A stretch of DNA of 47,945 nucleotides, from contig JBCCYW010000006.1 in the NCBI GenBank assembly GCA_039188945.1, positions 1 to 47,945 on the forward strand, in the 5' to 3' direction. The DNA is from Patescibacteria group bacterium (GTDB lineage: Bacteria; Patescibacteriota; Minisyncoccia; Phycocordibacterales; UBA918). The translations under genes were made by a program, and so were the position numbers. A model generated the notes under the pieces. The model searched no databases and was not told where the DNA came from. It worked only from the letters and a program-made list of their open reading frames with translations. Shown one piece after another: positions 36,734 through 46,700 of the stretch (within the stretch, counting starts at the first letter, position 1; every line of letters starts with the position of its first letter).

Positions 36734-37210
36734 CTAGCGTAGATCTTTGGTAATTTTTTCAGCTTTCTTAATGCGGCGTTCGTATTTCTCATCTGGATGT
36801 TGTTCAGTATGCAGCCAGTCCCATATCACCTTAAGAGTGTCATCTTTGGAAACAAATCGAGCGCCAATCGATAGTACATTAGCGGCATTATGTTCACGTG
36901 AGAGTGAGATAACCTCGTCAGTGCCACCATAATACACGGTAGCTCGTACGTTCGGATATCGATTGGCCAGCATCGCCTCGCCTTGTCCTGAGCCACCAAA
37001 AACAACCGCTCGCTTGCTTTCTGGAGCTTTACTCACCGCCGCAGCGGCAAGCGAAATAAAATCTGGATAATCATCAAGTGGATCATGACTGCAAGCCCCA
37101 TGATCATGCACTACATAGCCCTCATTTTGAAGCCACTCCTTCACACACTCCTTATGTTCAAAACCAGCGTGATCGGTCGCTACGTGAATGGTGAATGGTG
37201 ATTTAGCCAT
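36734..37210 (-). CDS. rpiB: ribose-5-phosphate isomerase B
   Basis: TDHAG, DDYPD, GGSGQG, SREHNAANVL. Start at MAKSP, overlapping the gap stop. Confidence 0.92.
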   Translation of the reverse strand: MAKSPFTIHVATDHAGFEHKECVKEWLQNEGYVVHDHGACSHDPLDDYPDFISLAAAAVSKAPESKRAVVFGGSGQGEAMLANRYPNVRATVYYGGTDEVISLSREHNAANVLSIGARFVSKDDTLKVIWDWLHTEQHPDEKYERRIKKAEKITKDLR

Positions 37211-38240
37211 GTTGGTTATTAAAGAACGTTGCAACGCTCTCTACATGCTGCACCAACGTATGAGTGAAACTTGATTCATTATCATACCAGGCCAACACTT
37301 TCACCAAGTTTCCGGCCACCACTCGGGTCGATGGCAGGTCGGCGATTGAAGCATACCGAGCGCCAATGATATCTGAAGAGACAATTGGTTCGTTGGTAGC
37401 AGCGAAGAGGTTTTTCCACTTTTCGCTCTGGGCCGCATCGGTGAGCACCTTATTGACCTCCTCAACTGTGGTATCCCGACTGGCCACAAAGGTGACATCA
37501 ACAATCGAACCAATTGGCACTGGTACCCGCATCGCAATACCGTCAAATTTATCTTTCAGGTCAGTGTGAGCGAGGGTTGTGGCAATCGCTGCTCCAGTTG
37601 AGGTTGGGATAATATTCTGCGCCGCTGCCCTTCCCTTCCGAAAGTCCTTTTTAGGACCATCGACGAGCGACTGCGTGGCAGTATATGCGTGCACAGTGTT
37701 GAGAATTGCCTTATCAATACCGATGCCTTCTTTCAGGATTGCGACTAATGGACTCGTAGCATTGGTTGTACATGAAGCATTTGAACTAATAGAGCAACCC
37801 TCACCAAGCTGTTCGTCATTCACTCCCATCAGCACTGTCGCTCCTTGAATACCTACCGCCGCTGGATCGTCCTTGACTGGGCCAGTAATCACGACTCGCT
37901 TCGCTCCAGCATCGAGATGCATTTTTGATTTTTCGTAACTTGAAAAGACACCAGTCGCTTCCACGACAACATCAATGTCCATGTCGCCCCATGGTGCAGC
38001 TGCCGGGTCACGTTCACTTAAGAAAGCCACTTCTTTGCCGTTCACCATCAGTTTTCCATCTTGCACGTCGACACTAAATTGCCCACGTCCGTAGACGGTG
38101 TCGTACTTCAGAAGATACGCGAGGTTCTCAATATCTCCGAGATCATTAATCGCTACAATATCAAACGCTAGGTTGTCGACCGCCATGCGGAAAAAAGCAC
38201 GACCGATTCTACCAAAACCATTAATTGCCACTCGAGCCAT
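37203..38240 (-). CDS. gap: glyceraldehyde-3-phosphate dehydrogenase
   Basis: AINGFGRIGR, SNASCTTN, NIIPTSTGAA, WYDNE. Confidence 0.97.
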   Translation of the reverse strand: MARVAINGFGRIGRAFFRMAVDNLAFDIVAINDLGDIENLAYLLKYDTVYGRGQFSVDVQDGKLMVNGKEVAFLSERDPAAAPWGDMDIDVVVEATGVFSSYEKSKMHLDAGAKRVVITGPVKDDPAAVGIQGATVLMGVNDEQLGEGCSISSNASCTTNATSPLVAILKEGIGIDKAILNTVHAYTATQSLVDGPKKDFRKGRAAAQNIIPTSTGAAIATTLAHTDLKDKFDGIAMRVPVPIGSIVDVTFVASRDTTVEEVNKVLTDAAQSEKWKNLFAATNEPIVSSDIIGARYASIADLPSTRVVAGNLVKVLAWYDNESSFTHTLVQHVESVATFFNNQHG

Positions 38241-38297
38241 ATATAAAACTTACTTGCTAACTGGCTTAACTATAGCGCAGATTGCGAGTCAGCAACA

Positions 38298-39875
38298 CTA
38301 CTGACTATCCTCAGTCTTGTCGCTCTTACGCCGCCTACCAAGCAGCCACAATACCATAAGGAGACTCAGGGCGAGTAAGAAATAGAAGAACCAACTACCA
38401 ACCTCAATAATCCGATCGAGTAATAGCCCTTCACGTTGTGATAGACGACCTGAGACAATGTCCGCTTCCCCGGCCACGGTTCGAACTTGGCGCAGTTGGT
38501 GGTCAAATACATGCACCACTAGCTTGACTGGTCCAACAAAAGCAAAGGCTGGAACAACCGCCTCGTAAGCAGATTTATCCTTATTAATACGGAGCAAGAA
38601 TGATTGCAGCACAGACCCTTCACCGTCTATAACGTCATAAATAATTGATTTGAGATGCTCCGGAACGACTTCGTAAGGCAGGCTAACGAGATATGAATCA
38701 TTGCCATTAATAACAATATTCTCATCACTCAAGACAAACAACTCCGGAGGTTGCTCCAGGGACACATCGCTGGCTTGTAGTTCTAGGTACGCCGGGTCAA
38801 TTGTTTCATCATCTCCTGGTGCTAGGTCTACTCCTGGCACTAAACGTTCATCGCCACTAACAGCGGCCTGGCGTACAGCCAGCACAATCGCACCCGAAGA
38901 AATATTGCCGGCTTCATCATAACTAAAAACGGTATAGTACTGTCGATCAAAATCTCTAAGCGCCGCAACATCCAAGACCTCAGTATTTCCTCCCTGATAC
39001 ACAAAGAAGCCGTCCTGAGGACTGTTTGGATAGAACAGGTAGTTGCGCATCACGCGGACCTCCTTAAAGTCCGGATCAAGTGGTTCGTCCCAAAAAAGTT
39101 GCACATTCTCACCTTCAACAACCGCTCGTACATTACTGACGTTAGGTGGTGGCACAGCGTCAGCTTGTCGCGACGTAGTGAATTGATCACGCGAAAGAAG
39201 TGACTCACGCCCATACTCGTTAATTCCGACTAACTCATATTCATAGGTGGTGCCCGGCTCTAAATCGGTAATTTCCGTAACGTGGTCGATCGCGTAGATA
39301 TCTGTTGCTATAAAACCACTCTCAAAGTCGGTGGTTCTTCCCCACCGCAATACATACCGAAAGATGCGACTGCCCGAAAAGTCAAACGCCGCGGTTCGCA
39401 AGCTCGTTATGATATCAAGTGTTTGTAACTGTACTTGATTCGATGAAAATCGAAGTTGGCGCTCTTCTGTGGTGGTTGGGGTAGAAGTTGGCGTAATGAT
39501 GGTTTCCAATGTCGTCGTTGCAACCGGCAGTGACGTTGTAGATGTATTACCAACAGCATCAAACGCATTTACCTCATAGGTATAGAGAGTATTTTCCGTT
39601 AATCCTGTATCCGAGAATGATGTCAGAGTTGTAGTAGCAATTTGTACGCTGTCGCGAAATAGTCGATAGCCTGCTAGTGAAAAGTTATCAGTCGAAGTAC
39701 TCCATACCACGTCAATCTGTGAGGTCGTGATCGGTGTCGCGGAAAGAATTGTTGGTGTCGTTGGCGGCTCGGTATCACCTCCCACCAGCGTACGAATCGT
39801 AAAATCATCAGTCGCAGCTAAAGCCGCCTGAGAAATAATGAGGAAAAAAACACTTAGCAAACAAAATCTGATCAT
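38298..39875 (-). CDS. secreted fibronectin type III repeat protein with a C-terminal membrane anchor
   Basis: Signal peptide, DTEPPTTP...W..STDN...GL..NT.YTY.V.AFD..GN.S, DLEPGTTYEY, TM + RRRK. Confidence 0.88.
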   Translation of the reverse strand: MIRFCLLSVFFLIISQAALAATDDFTIRTLVGGDTEPPTTPTILSATPITTSQIDVVWSTSTDNFSLAGYRLFRDSVQIATTTLTSFSDTGLTENTLYTYEVNAFDAVGNTSTTSLPVATTTLETIITPTSTPTTTEERQLRFSSNQVQLQTLDIITSLRTAAFDFSGSRIFRYVLRWGRTTDFESGFIATDIYAIDHVTEITDLEPGTTYEYELVGINEYGRESLLSRDQFTTSRQADAVPPPNVSNVRAVVEGENVQLFWDEPLDPDFKEVRVMRNYLFYPNSPQDGFFVYQGGNTEVLDVAALRDFDRQYYTVFSYDEAGNISSGAIVLAVRQAAVSGDERLVPGVDLAPGDDETIDPAYLELQASDVSLEQPPELFVLSDENIVINGNDSYLVSLPYEVVPEHLKSIIYDVIDGEGSVLQSFLLRINKDKSAYEAVVPAFAFVGPVKLVVHVFDHQLRQVRTVAGEADIVSGRLSQREGLLLDRIIEVGSWFFYFLLALSLLMVLWLLGRRRKSDKTEDSQ

Positions 39876-41725
39876 AGCGATACGGCAGTAAGCGTAGAAG
39901 TAGCTGTATAGACACCAGGCGCTAATCCAACCGAGCCACCAAGCCCTACCCGAAAGTAAATTGTCGTAGTTGCGCCACTTGGCAAGTTTGGTGAGGTGCT
40001 TTCAGCAATTGGTTTAGCTCCAATAGACAACCCATCCCAACAACGGTCAGTTGCTATGGTGCTGCCACCATTATTACAGTCAGCACCATCGTGCTGAAAA
40101 TACGCAATGACATCATCACCAAACGGCGAGAAGCCAAACACCGCGTCTGTACTAACAAAGTCAAAGGTAAATGTCGGCATAGCCCCAGAACTGTCCACTG
40201 TCTCCTCACTGCCAACAGTATAAAAATCAGTTGAGGTAGCTTGGTTTATATACTCAGCGCTTATCCAGGCATCTGATCGAGAGGTTGAGGCAATCCTAAA
40301 TTCGTCCATAATCCCATCAAGCGCATCTTGTGCTGAGTCGGTCCTACCTCCGACACTAGGTGATTCGTTCGATGCTAAACCCAGATTGTCACCCGTGCCA
40401 TCGATACTCGCCCTTGAAACACTATTAACGAACAGATCACCACCCGCATCATTAGTATAGGAAACACAAATATGATTCCATTCATTTGTGGTAATCTCAC
40501 TACCACCAGCTGGGTAACTGAGTTCTATAGTCCCATTAGCAGCAGACCTAAATTCTAAGCCCCTTCTCGTTCCACCATCAATAGAGCTCCCGCTGAACTC
40601 CAAAAGAAAATCTGAATTTGTGTTAGCAGTATCAGTACGAATAATAATTTCCTGGTCGTTACCTGTACTAAAAGTTCGATTGAAAGACCAGGTACATAGT
40701 GTGATTGCTTCATTCACATCGACGGTAGTTGGCAGTCCAATCGCATCATCAGTGCCGTCAAAATCAAGACCTTGTCCGACCTGACCACTTACCAAGTCAG
40801 CTAACACCATCGACCCAGTAGTGCTTCCATGATTAGCGTTAGCTGTACTATCGAGAATAACGCCATCGGTACTGTTTGGGTCTTCGTTGAAGTGCCATAC
40901 TCCTACAAAATCATTGGTCCACACATTCTGTGCGCCAAACTGTTCATCAACAGTGTAGTCAATGGCCTCGTCATTGTCGTAATAAATATAAAATGAAGTG
41001 GTAGCTGATGAGGAGAGTGCACTGGCTTTAAAGTGTACTTCACCAGTTTCAGCTCCAGTATTACAAGATACCACCTCACGTGGTACTTCCGCATTTGAAC
41101 TATCGGTTACTCGAATATCACCACAATCGTTATTCATTCGTCCCACTGCACCGGCCGGCAAATCAGCTAGATTAATATAGATAGGGAAATCAGTCAGAGT
41201 CTCATCGATCACCTCGGGCGGAATTTGTAATTCAACACGATACTCCCAAGCCGTACTATACCAATCCGCACCGCCGTAATCATCAATGACGCCTCCTTCA
41301 GGAGATTGCATTGATGGATTATTTTCAGACTCTATAGACAAGCGATATCCGGAAGGACTATCAGTCGTGACAACAACCGAGGTCGAACCATTACTAGTAC
41401 CCCCCGTAAGACCACCGAGCGACGGATTCATGACAACATCTGCTGGTGTCGTCATAGACAAAAAAACCTCTTGCATTTGTTGATACCCAGCGCGCAACTG
41501 ATAGGTTGAACTATCCGAAGGACCCGTGGCAATTTCTCCGACGGTCGATTCTTGGACAAAATTTGTCGATGAACTTAAGCCACCACCGATATTGATACTA
41601 TCGCTCTGAATTTGATAATTACTACTGGTGCGTACCTGAGCAAACGATAACGACAAAATCGCTAGTACCAGAAGAGTACCGATGGCACTTTTGGCAGCGA
41701 GTTGTAAAAGAACATATCCTCCCAT
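39872..41725 (-). CDS. secreted WxL-like subunit with an inserted DUF2341/LamG-like module
   Basis: Signal peptide; N- and C-terminal parts align by eye with the 228-aa ORF; middle has LTDFP, DIRVTD, YIYY, FDGTDD, WNHI, MDEFRI. Confidence 0.8.
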   Translation of the reverse strand: MGGYVLLQLAAKSAIGTLLVLAILSLSFAQVRTSSNYQIQSDSINIGGGLSSSTNFVQESTVGEIATGPSDSSTYQLRAGYQQMQEVFLSMTTPADVVMNPSLGGLTGGTSNGSTSVVVTTDSPSGYRLSIESENNPSMQSPEGGVIDDYGGADWYSTAWEYRVELQIPPEVIDETLTDFPIYINLADLPAGAVGRMNNDCGDIRVTDSSNAEVPREVVSCNTGAETGEVHFKASALSSSATTSFYIYYDNDEAIDYTVDEQFGAQNVWTNDFVGVWHFNEDPNSTDGVILDSTANANHGSTTGSMVLADLVSGQVGQGLDFDGTDDAIGLPTTVDVNEAITLCTWSFNRTFSTGNDQEIIIRTDTANTNSDFLLEFSGSSIDGGTRRGLEFRSAANGTIELSYPAGGSEITTNEWNHICVSYTNDAGGDLFVNSVSRASIDGTGDNLGLASNESPSVGGRTDSAQDALDGIMDEFRIASTSRSDAWISAEYINQATSTDFYTVGSEETVDSSGAMPTFTFDFVSTDAVFGFSPFGDDVIAYFQHDGADCNNGGSTIATDRCWDGLSIGAKPIAESTSPNLPSGATTTIYFRVGLGGSVGLAPGVYTATSTLTAVSL

Positions 41726-41734
41726 AACTATCGA

Positions 41735-42832
41735 TCAGGTTCCTTTACGTTTAAATTCGAAGGTTCTGAAGAACGCTCTAATCAAGAAGAAAATAATAAA
41801 TAGTCCACCAAACACCCCAGCGATAATCTTCCACGGCAACACCCAAAACGAAATGGTCATTTCATCAACAATATCTTCGTAGCCGCGGTTAATCTGGGCT
41901 ACTGCCGTATAGCGTCCCAACAACAACTCACGATCCCAGGAGAGCTCTCGTAATCGAACTGATTGCGGTAATGCAAACCAGGGATCAAGCTCTACAAATC
42001 CAACTTCTTCGCCAAGCATATTGCTAATACGAATCTCCCCGTACGGATTAAGGTGTCGTGTACCAGTATTCTCGTACGTTAGGCCAAAGTTAATTGGTCC
42101 ACTCTCATACCACAGCCTACCATCGGTAGTTTTAAAATCTTGTAACTGGGCAGCTGTCTCAACTGCACCCGGTACCGTTACAAAAAAGAGTGAGCCAATG
42201 CGGGCAATGATTGGAGAACGTGCCACCCCTTCCTCACTAGGTCGCTCACCCTTCCGAACTGTCGAAACAATAACTGAACCATAATATCCGCCAGGCTCAG
42301 CATCAGGTGGCACCGTGATGGTCACTGGGATACGGGCTCGTTCCCCTAAACCAATCTCGAATGTATTAGATGGAAATGAAATGAGATCTTTCAATGAGTA
42401 TGGCCCTCGATCATCACCTAAAAGGACAACAGCCTGGCTCCCGTCAGCGGTTCCAGAAATGTCTTCAACTTCAAGAATAAATTCACGACCATCGCTAATT
42501 CGATTCGAGACTGATACTTCACGAACGACTGTCTCACCTGGCTGTATCTCCAATTCTACCTTGCCAGGACCAATCACAAAGTCACCAACTTGAATATTAT
42601 TTCCAACTAATCGCTCTACTCGAAACCAGTCGTTGTTGGTTGCGACATCTTCGATAACAGTCTCATTGGCTTGTCCAGCAATGTCAGCTTCCTCGACCAG
42701 CTCCTCAGAAACTTCAGTAGTTTCAGCTTGCTCAGACTGCGAATGCGCGACCGAAGGTAGTGCATTAAGTAGCAGTAGTGCTACAAGCGCCAGTGAAATC
42801 GGATAGCGTGACGCCTGTAAAACCGCGATCAT
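41735..42832 (-). CDS. DUF916/WxLIP-like two-Ig-domain protein with a C-terminal TM
   Basis: IGPGKVELEIQPGE, ITVPPDAEPGGYYGSV, ENTGTRHLNPYG.I.I.N, GRYTA, FWVLPW-TM-KRK. Confidence 0.75.
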   Translation of the reverse strand: MIAVLQASRYPISLALVALLLLNALPSVAHSQSEQAETTEVSEELVEEADIAGQANETVIEDVATNNDWFRVERLVGNNIQVGDFVIGPGKVELEIQPGETVVREVSVSNRISDGREFILEVEDISGTADGSQAVVLLGDDRGPYSLKDLISFPSNTFEIGLGERARIPVTITVPPDAEPGGYYGSVIVSTVRKGERPSEEGVARSPIIARIGSLFFVTVPGAVETAAQLQDFKTTDGRLWYESGPINFGLTYENTGTRHLNPYGEIRISNMLGEEVGFVELDPWFALPQSVRLRELSWDRELLLGRYTAVAQINRGYEDIVDEMTISFWVLPWKIIAGVFGGLFIIFFLIRAFFRTFEFKRKGT

Positions 42833-42849
42833 AGTGTTGTATAGGTTAC

Positions 42850-43536
42850 CTACTGGTTATTCGCTGTCAAGGTAGCAGTCGCCGTGTAGACGTCTGAGTC
42901 AAGTGCTGGCACCGGCGCATTTGGTACATTTACCAAAAACTGGAGGGTGGTGGTAGCACCGGTTGGTGCTGAAATACCACGATCTATGACCTGGAAGTTC
43001 GCAGTTGTTGGACCGCGCCAGCAAGTATTGGCAGTGAACCCACCAGCTGGTTGGTTGCAAGATACACCGTTATCGAGGAATGAATCATCTAGGTCAGAGG
43101 TGGTACTAGCGTTTACTGTATACGCAAAAAGAGCAGCTGAGCTGGCAGTGAAGTTCAGGGTTGGCTCTCCAGTATTGCTGTAGTCACGAATGCCTTGATT
43201 GCTAGTTGAATTACCAATCATAGATGAGCCTTGATTTTCAAACGAAATCTGCATGATATAACCAGTAGCACTGTTAGTTTGTACTACCGCAAAGGTGGTA
43301 CCGGTGGCGTTACCACCAGTCAAACCATTGATACTACCGTCCATAGTGACATTGGCCGCATCTACCAAGAAAGAAATTTCACCATCAATTGTCTGACTAA
43401 TGGTGAATGGTCCACTCGTAACTGCGCGGCTGACTTGTGGTTCGAGAACTAAAAAGGCAAAGCTCGCGACCAAAGTTACAATCACGGCTGTAACGAAAGC
43501 GGCTCGAGCAGAGTTGATTATATGTAACTGAGTCAT
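42850..43536 (-). CDS. secreted small WxL-like beta-rich subunit
   Basis: Signal peptide, TN...GY, C..CW pair, C-terminal YTATATLTA strand. Confidence 0.75.
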   Translation of the reverse strand: MTQLHIINSARAAFVTAVIVTLVASFAFLVLEPQVSRAVTSGPFTISQTIDGEISFLVDAANVTMDGSINGLTGGNATGTTFAVVQTNSATGYIMQISFENQGSSMIGNSTSNQGIRDYSNTGEPTLNFTASSAALFAYTVNASTTSDLDDSFLDNGVSCNQPAGGFTANTCWRGPTTANFQVIDRGISAPTGATTTLQFLVNVPNAPVPALDSDVYTATATLTANNQ

Positions 43537-43640
43537 ACCTAATACATTTAAAACACTACGGTTCTTATATAGGTACCATTATAGCGCTTTTTAGTTACCG
43601 GGTTTGTTTGTTTTCCCCATTAATCTTGATTAAATACGTT

Positions 43641-43699
43641 GATACATAAAGCTAAAGTGCCTGGCTCGTGTAGAGCTAGGCACTTTAGCTTTATGTATC
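43641..43699. terminator. long hairpin after the giant adhesin gene
   Basis: GATACATAAAGCTAAAGTGCCT...AGGCACTTTAGCTTTATGTATC. Confidence 0.7.
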
Positions 43700-43708
43700 T
43701 TGATCTTA

Positions 43709-46700
43709 CTAAATCGAACCGCCACCACCAGCACCGCCACCACCAGCTTGATTATAGACGTTAATCTGTAGTGCATCGAGATCAACAAAACTCTCAGAAA
43801 TAACCACATCAAGCACCAACGACCCATCATCGAAGTCGCTCGGCACCCAACTGCGGCCCCAGGTATCGCTTGGTCCACCCAAGGTATAGACCTGATCACT
43901 GGCGAAATTAATTGTTGGGGTCGTCTGAGGACTTGTATAGTTTACACCGTTGTTCCAGGACAGATAGACAGCGAAGGTTGCTGGACTAGCGTTATATGAT
44001 CCATCAAGCTTCACTTCGATACCAACTATCTCGTTACTGACTGGAATCGAAAATCCAAAACCGCTATACGAGTGTCTTTCATCACCTGAAATAGTCGACG
44101 CATGACTACCGTCACTCTCGTAGGCCTGATCACTGTTAGAAAATTCCATATTTGGACTACCATCACTGCTCGGCTTCAAAAATTGTGGATCATCGACAAT
44201 ATTTTCACCATCATCGTCACCGTCATCTATCGCGTCGCCACCTCCTTGTGTACCACCAGTAGTAGTAGCTCGACCAATAATTGGATCGTCGACTCCTCCC
44301 CCTCCTCCACTCTTACTTAAACGATTATGTTGAATGTCATCTACTTCTCCAAAGAAGTCGTGTGTACCATCACTATCAATTGCCGTAATATTGTCTGGCC
44401 AGAGGTCGAGCACTAACGCAGCGTCTTTTACTGGTGCATTCCAGTCAGCCACGACCAGGTAATTCTGCGACGTAGTCGAGAGGAAATCAGCGCTGAAAGT
44501 AATTGAACCTAATTGTTCAGCGATTACCAATGCTCCAACGCCGCCAATCTCTGGTTCACTGGCGTCGTATTCGCCATCGCTATCAAGGTCACGGTACAGA
44601 CGGATATTTGAAAAATCAGTTGGATCAATATCAGTGACACCCGATACTCCGATTACAAGCTCAGTGACCGTAGCGTTACCACTGTTCGGCGTAATCTTAA
44701 AACCAAAGAGCGGTTCGTTGGTCTTGTTTTGGAAGTCAAACGCATTATTAACCTGCGTATCGTCATGATCAGAGATGGTGGATGAGCCAACAGGTGGAAT
44801 GAAATTAACAGAATAGAAATCAGTTGTGGTTGATTGATTCAAATGCTCAGCACCGATCCAACCACTGCTGCGAGTAGTGTTTGCTAGACGTACTTCATCG
44901 ACCTCACCCTCATAAATCGCAGTCCCATTTCCGCGAGCAATATTCCATGGAACGGTATTGCCTAGATTGTATGGCTTAGATCCAACGTTACGACTGGTAG
45001 TAAGCGAAGCAACAGCGCCATCAATATACACCTCAGTGTCAGAAGACCCTTCTCGAGTTAAAACTGTATGACGCCATGTGTCGTTCGCTACTTCAGCGGT
45101 AGTATATTCAAACATTCGATTAAACTCATTTTGAACTGTGAAATATACAAAATTCTTTCCACTAAGCAGAGAACCAAAACTATTACTGCTGCCAATACCC
45201 ATACTCCATTGAACAAACTGTCCAGAATTTTCTCGCTTAGAAACGGCAAACCCTGCCTGATTACTGTCTGGTGGCCTAATCCAGGCTGAGGTAGTGAAAT
45301 CACTGGTTCCCACCCGGTTATCAACCGTATCGGCAATACTGATGTAATCAAACGAACCATCAAAGTCTTGGGCGGTTCCTAGCTGCCCGGAAACATCAGA
45401 AGCACTGGTCATCGAGACACCAGTACCATCATGTGAAAAAGCAGTAGAGTCTAAATAACCACCAGTATCGCTATTACCTTCCTCGTTAAGGTGATATACC
45501 CCGACATAACCATTCGTCCAGACGTTTTCGGCCCCATATGGATCAGTCACACCATAATCACCCGTGGTTGTGCCGTTGTAATACACTCTGAAAACAGTAT
45601 CAACTGAGCTAGAAATAAAGTTAGCTTTGAAGTGCAATTCGCCCGTCTCTAGTGTCGAGGAGGCTGTCACCAATTCTCTTGGCAACTCAACCGGAGAACC
45701 ATCGTTAGTGGTAACACGAATATCAGTACCGACCACACTCGCTCCAGCCGGGGTCGTAGACCAAAAATCACTTGAGAGGTCAGCCAGGTCTATATAGACC
45801 GGAAAATCAGTTAGGTCTTCATCAATGTTATCACTCTCAATTCTAATCGTGTCATACGTAGTCCAATCAGTACTATTCCAAAATGGTGCAGCTGCCGTAA
45901 TGAAAGTCCAATTAGTGTTGTTGCCACTATCTTCTCCGTTGGTGACGGTAATATTTTGCACCGCGTAATTATCTCGCACATCAACCATTACAACATCCAC
46001 CTGCGTACCAGGCACATCCCAGATGGTCTGGGTGCCGGTAGCTGAAGAACGAATGAAAATTGGTTCATTCACGTTGCCACGCAAATCAATGTTTTGGAAC
46101 GTGTTCGTGGCATTCGCTAGGAAACGAGCCGAGCTTGAAGCTTGCATCGTGAAGGTACCGGTCGTAGAGGCTGGCGCGCCAAAGATCACCGATTGCGACG
46201 TCGTACCATTCGAGCCGGTATTGGAAATTGTCAGGTCGTTGAAAGCCGCCGCTCCAGTCATGGTACCGGTCGCGGTTTGCGGTTGGGCAGCGATAGCGTA
46301 CTGATCCACATCGCCATCGGTCAAACCAACAATGTAAGCATTAGTACCATCTTGACTAAAGAACACATCCTGCGGATCAGTTTCTTCACTGCTAACACGA
46401 AACGATCCAATGAAATCTCTGGTCGTAATATCCCACGGTGTCGTGAGGTCATACGTGTAAATAGCTTGGTTTGCGCTACCAATCATATACATTCGCGAGC
46501 CGTCTGGCGCAAAGTCAATTCCCTGAGCAGAGCCATCTTCAGTCGATACTGTCTCGGTAGTGGCAAGCGAGGCGGTCGTAATATCCCACGGCGTCGTAAG
46601 GTCATACACCCTAATAGTGGTACTAAAGACCACAAACAATTGTCTTCCATCTGGAGTAAAGCGCAGTCCTTGTTGTCCACCGCCCGTAATAAATGTAGCG

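Noticed and set aside
33064-38240. gap-rpiB-rpe-tkt-pfkB cluster as a novel pathway
   Set aside because: Ordinary non-oxidative pentose phosphate and glycolysis genes; split transketolase is well known.
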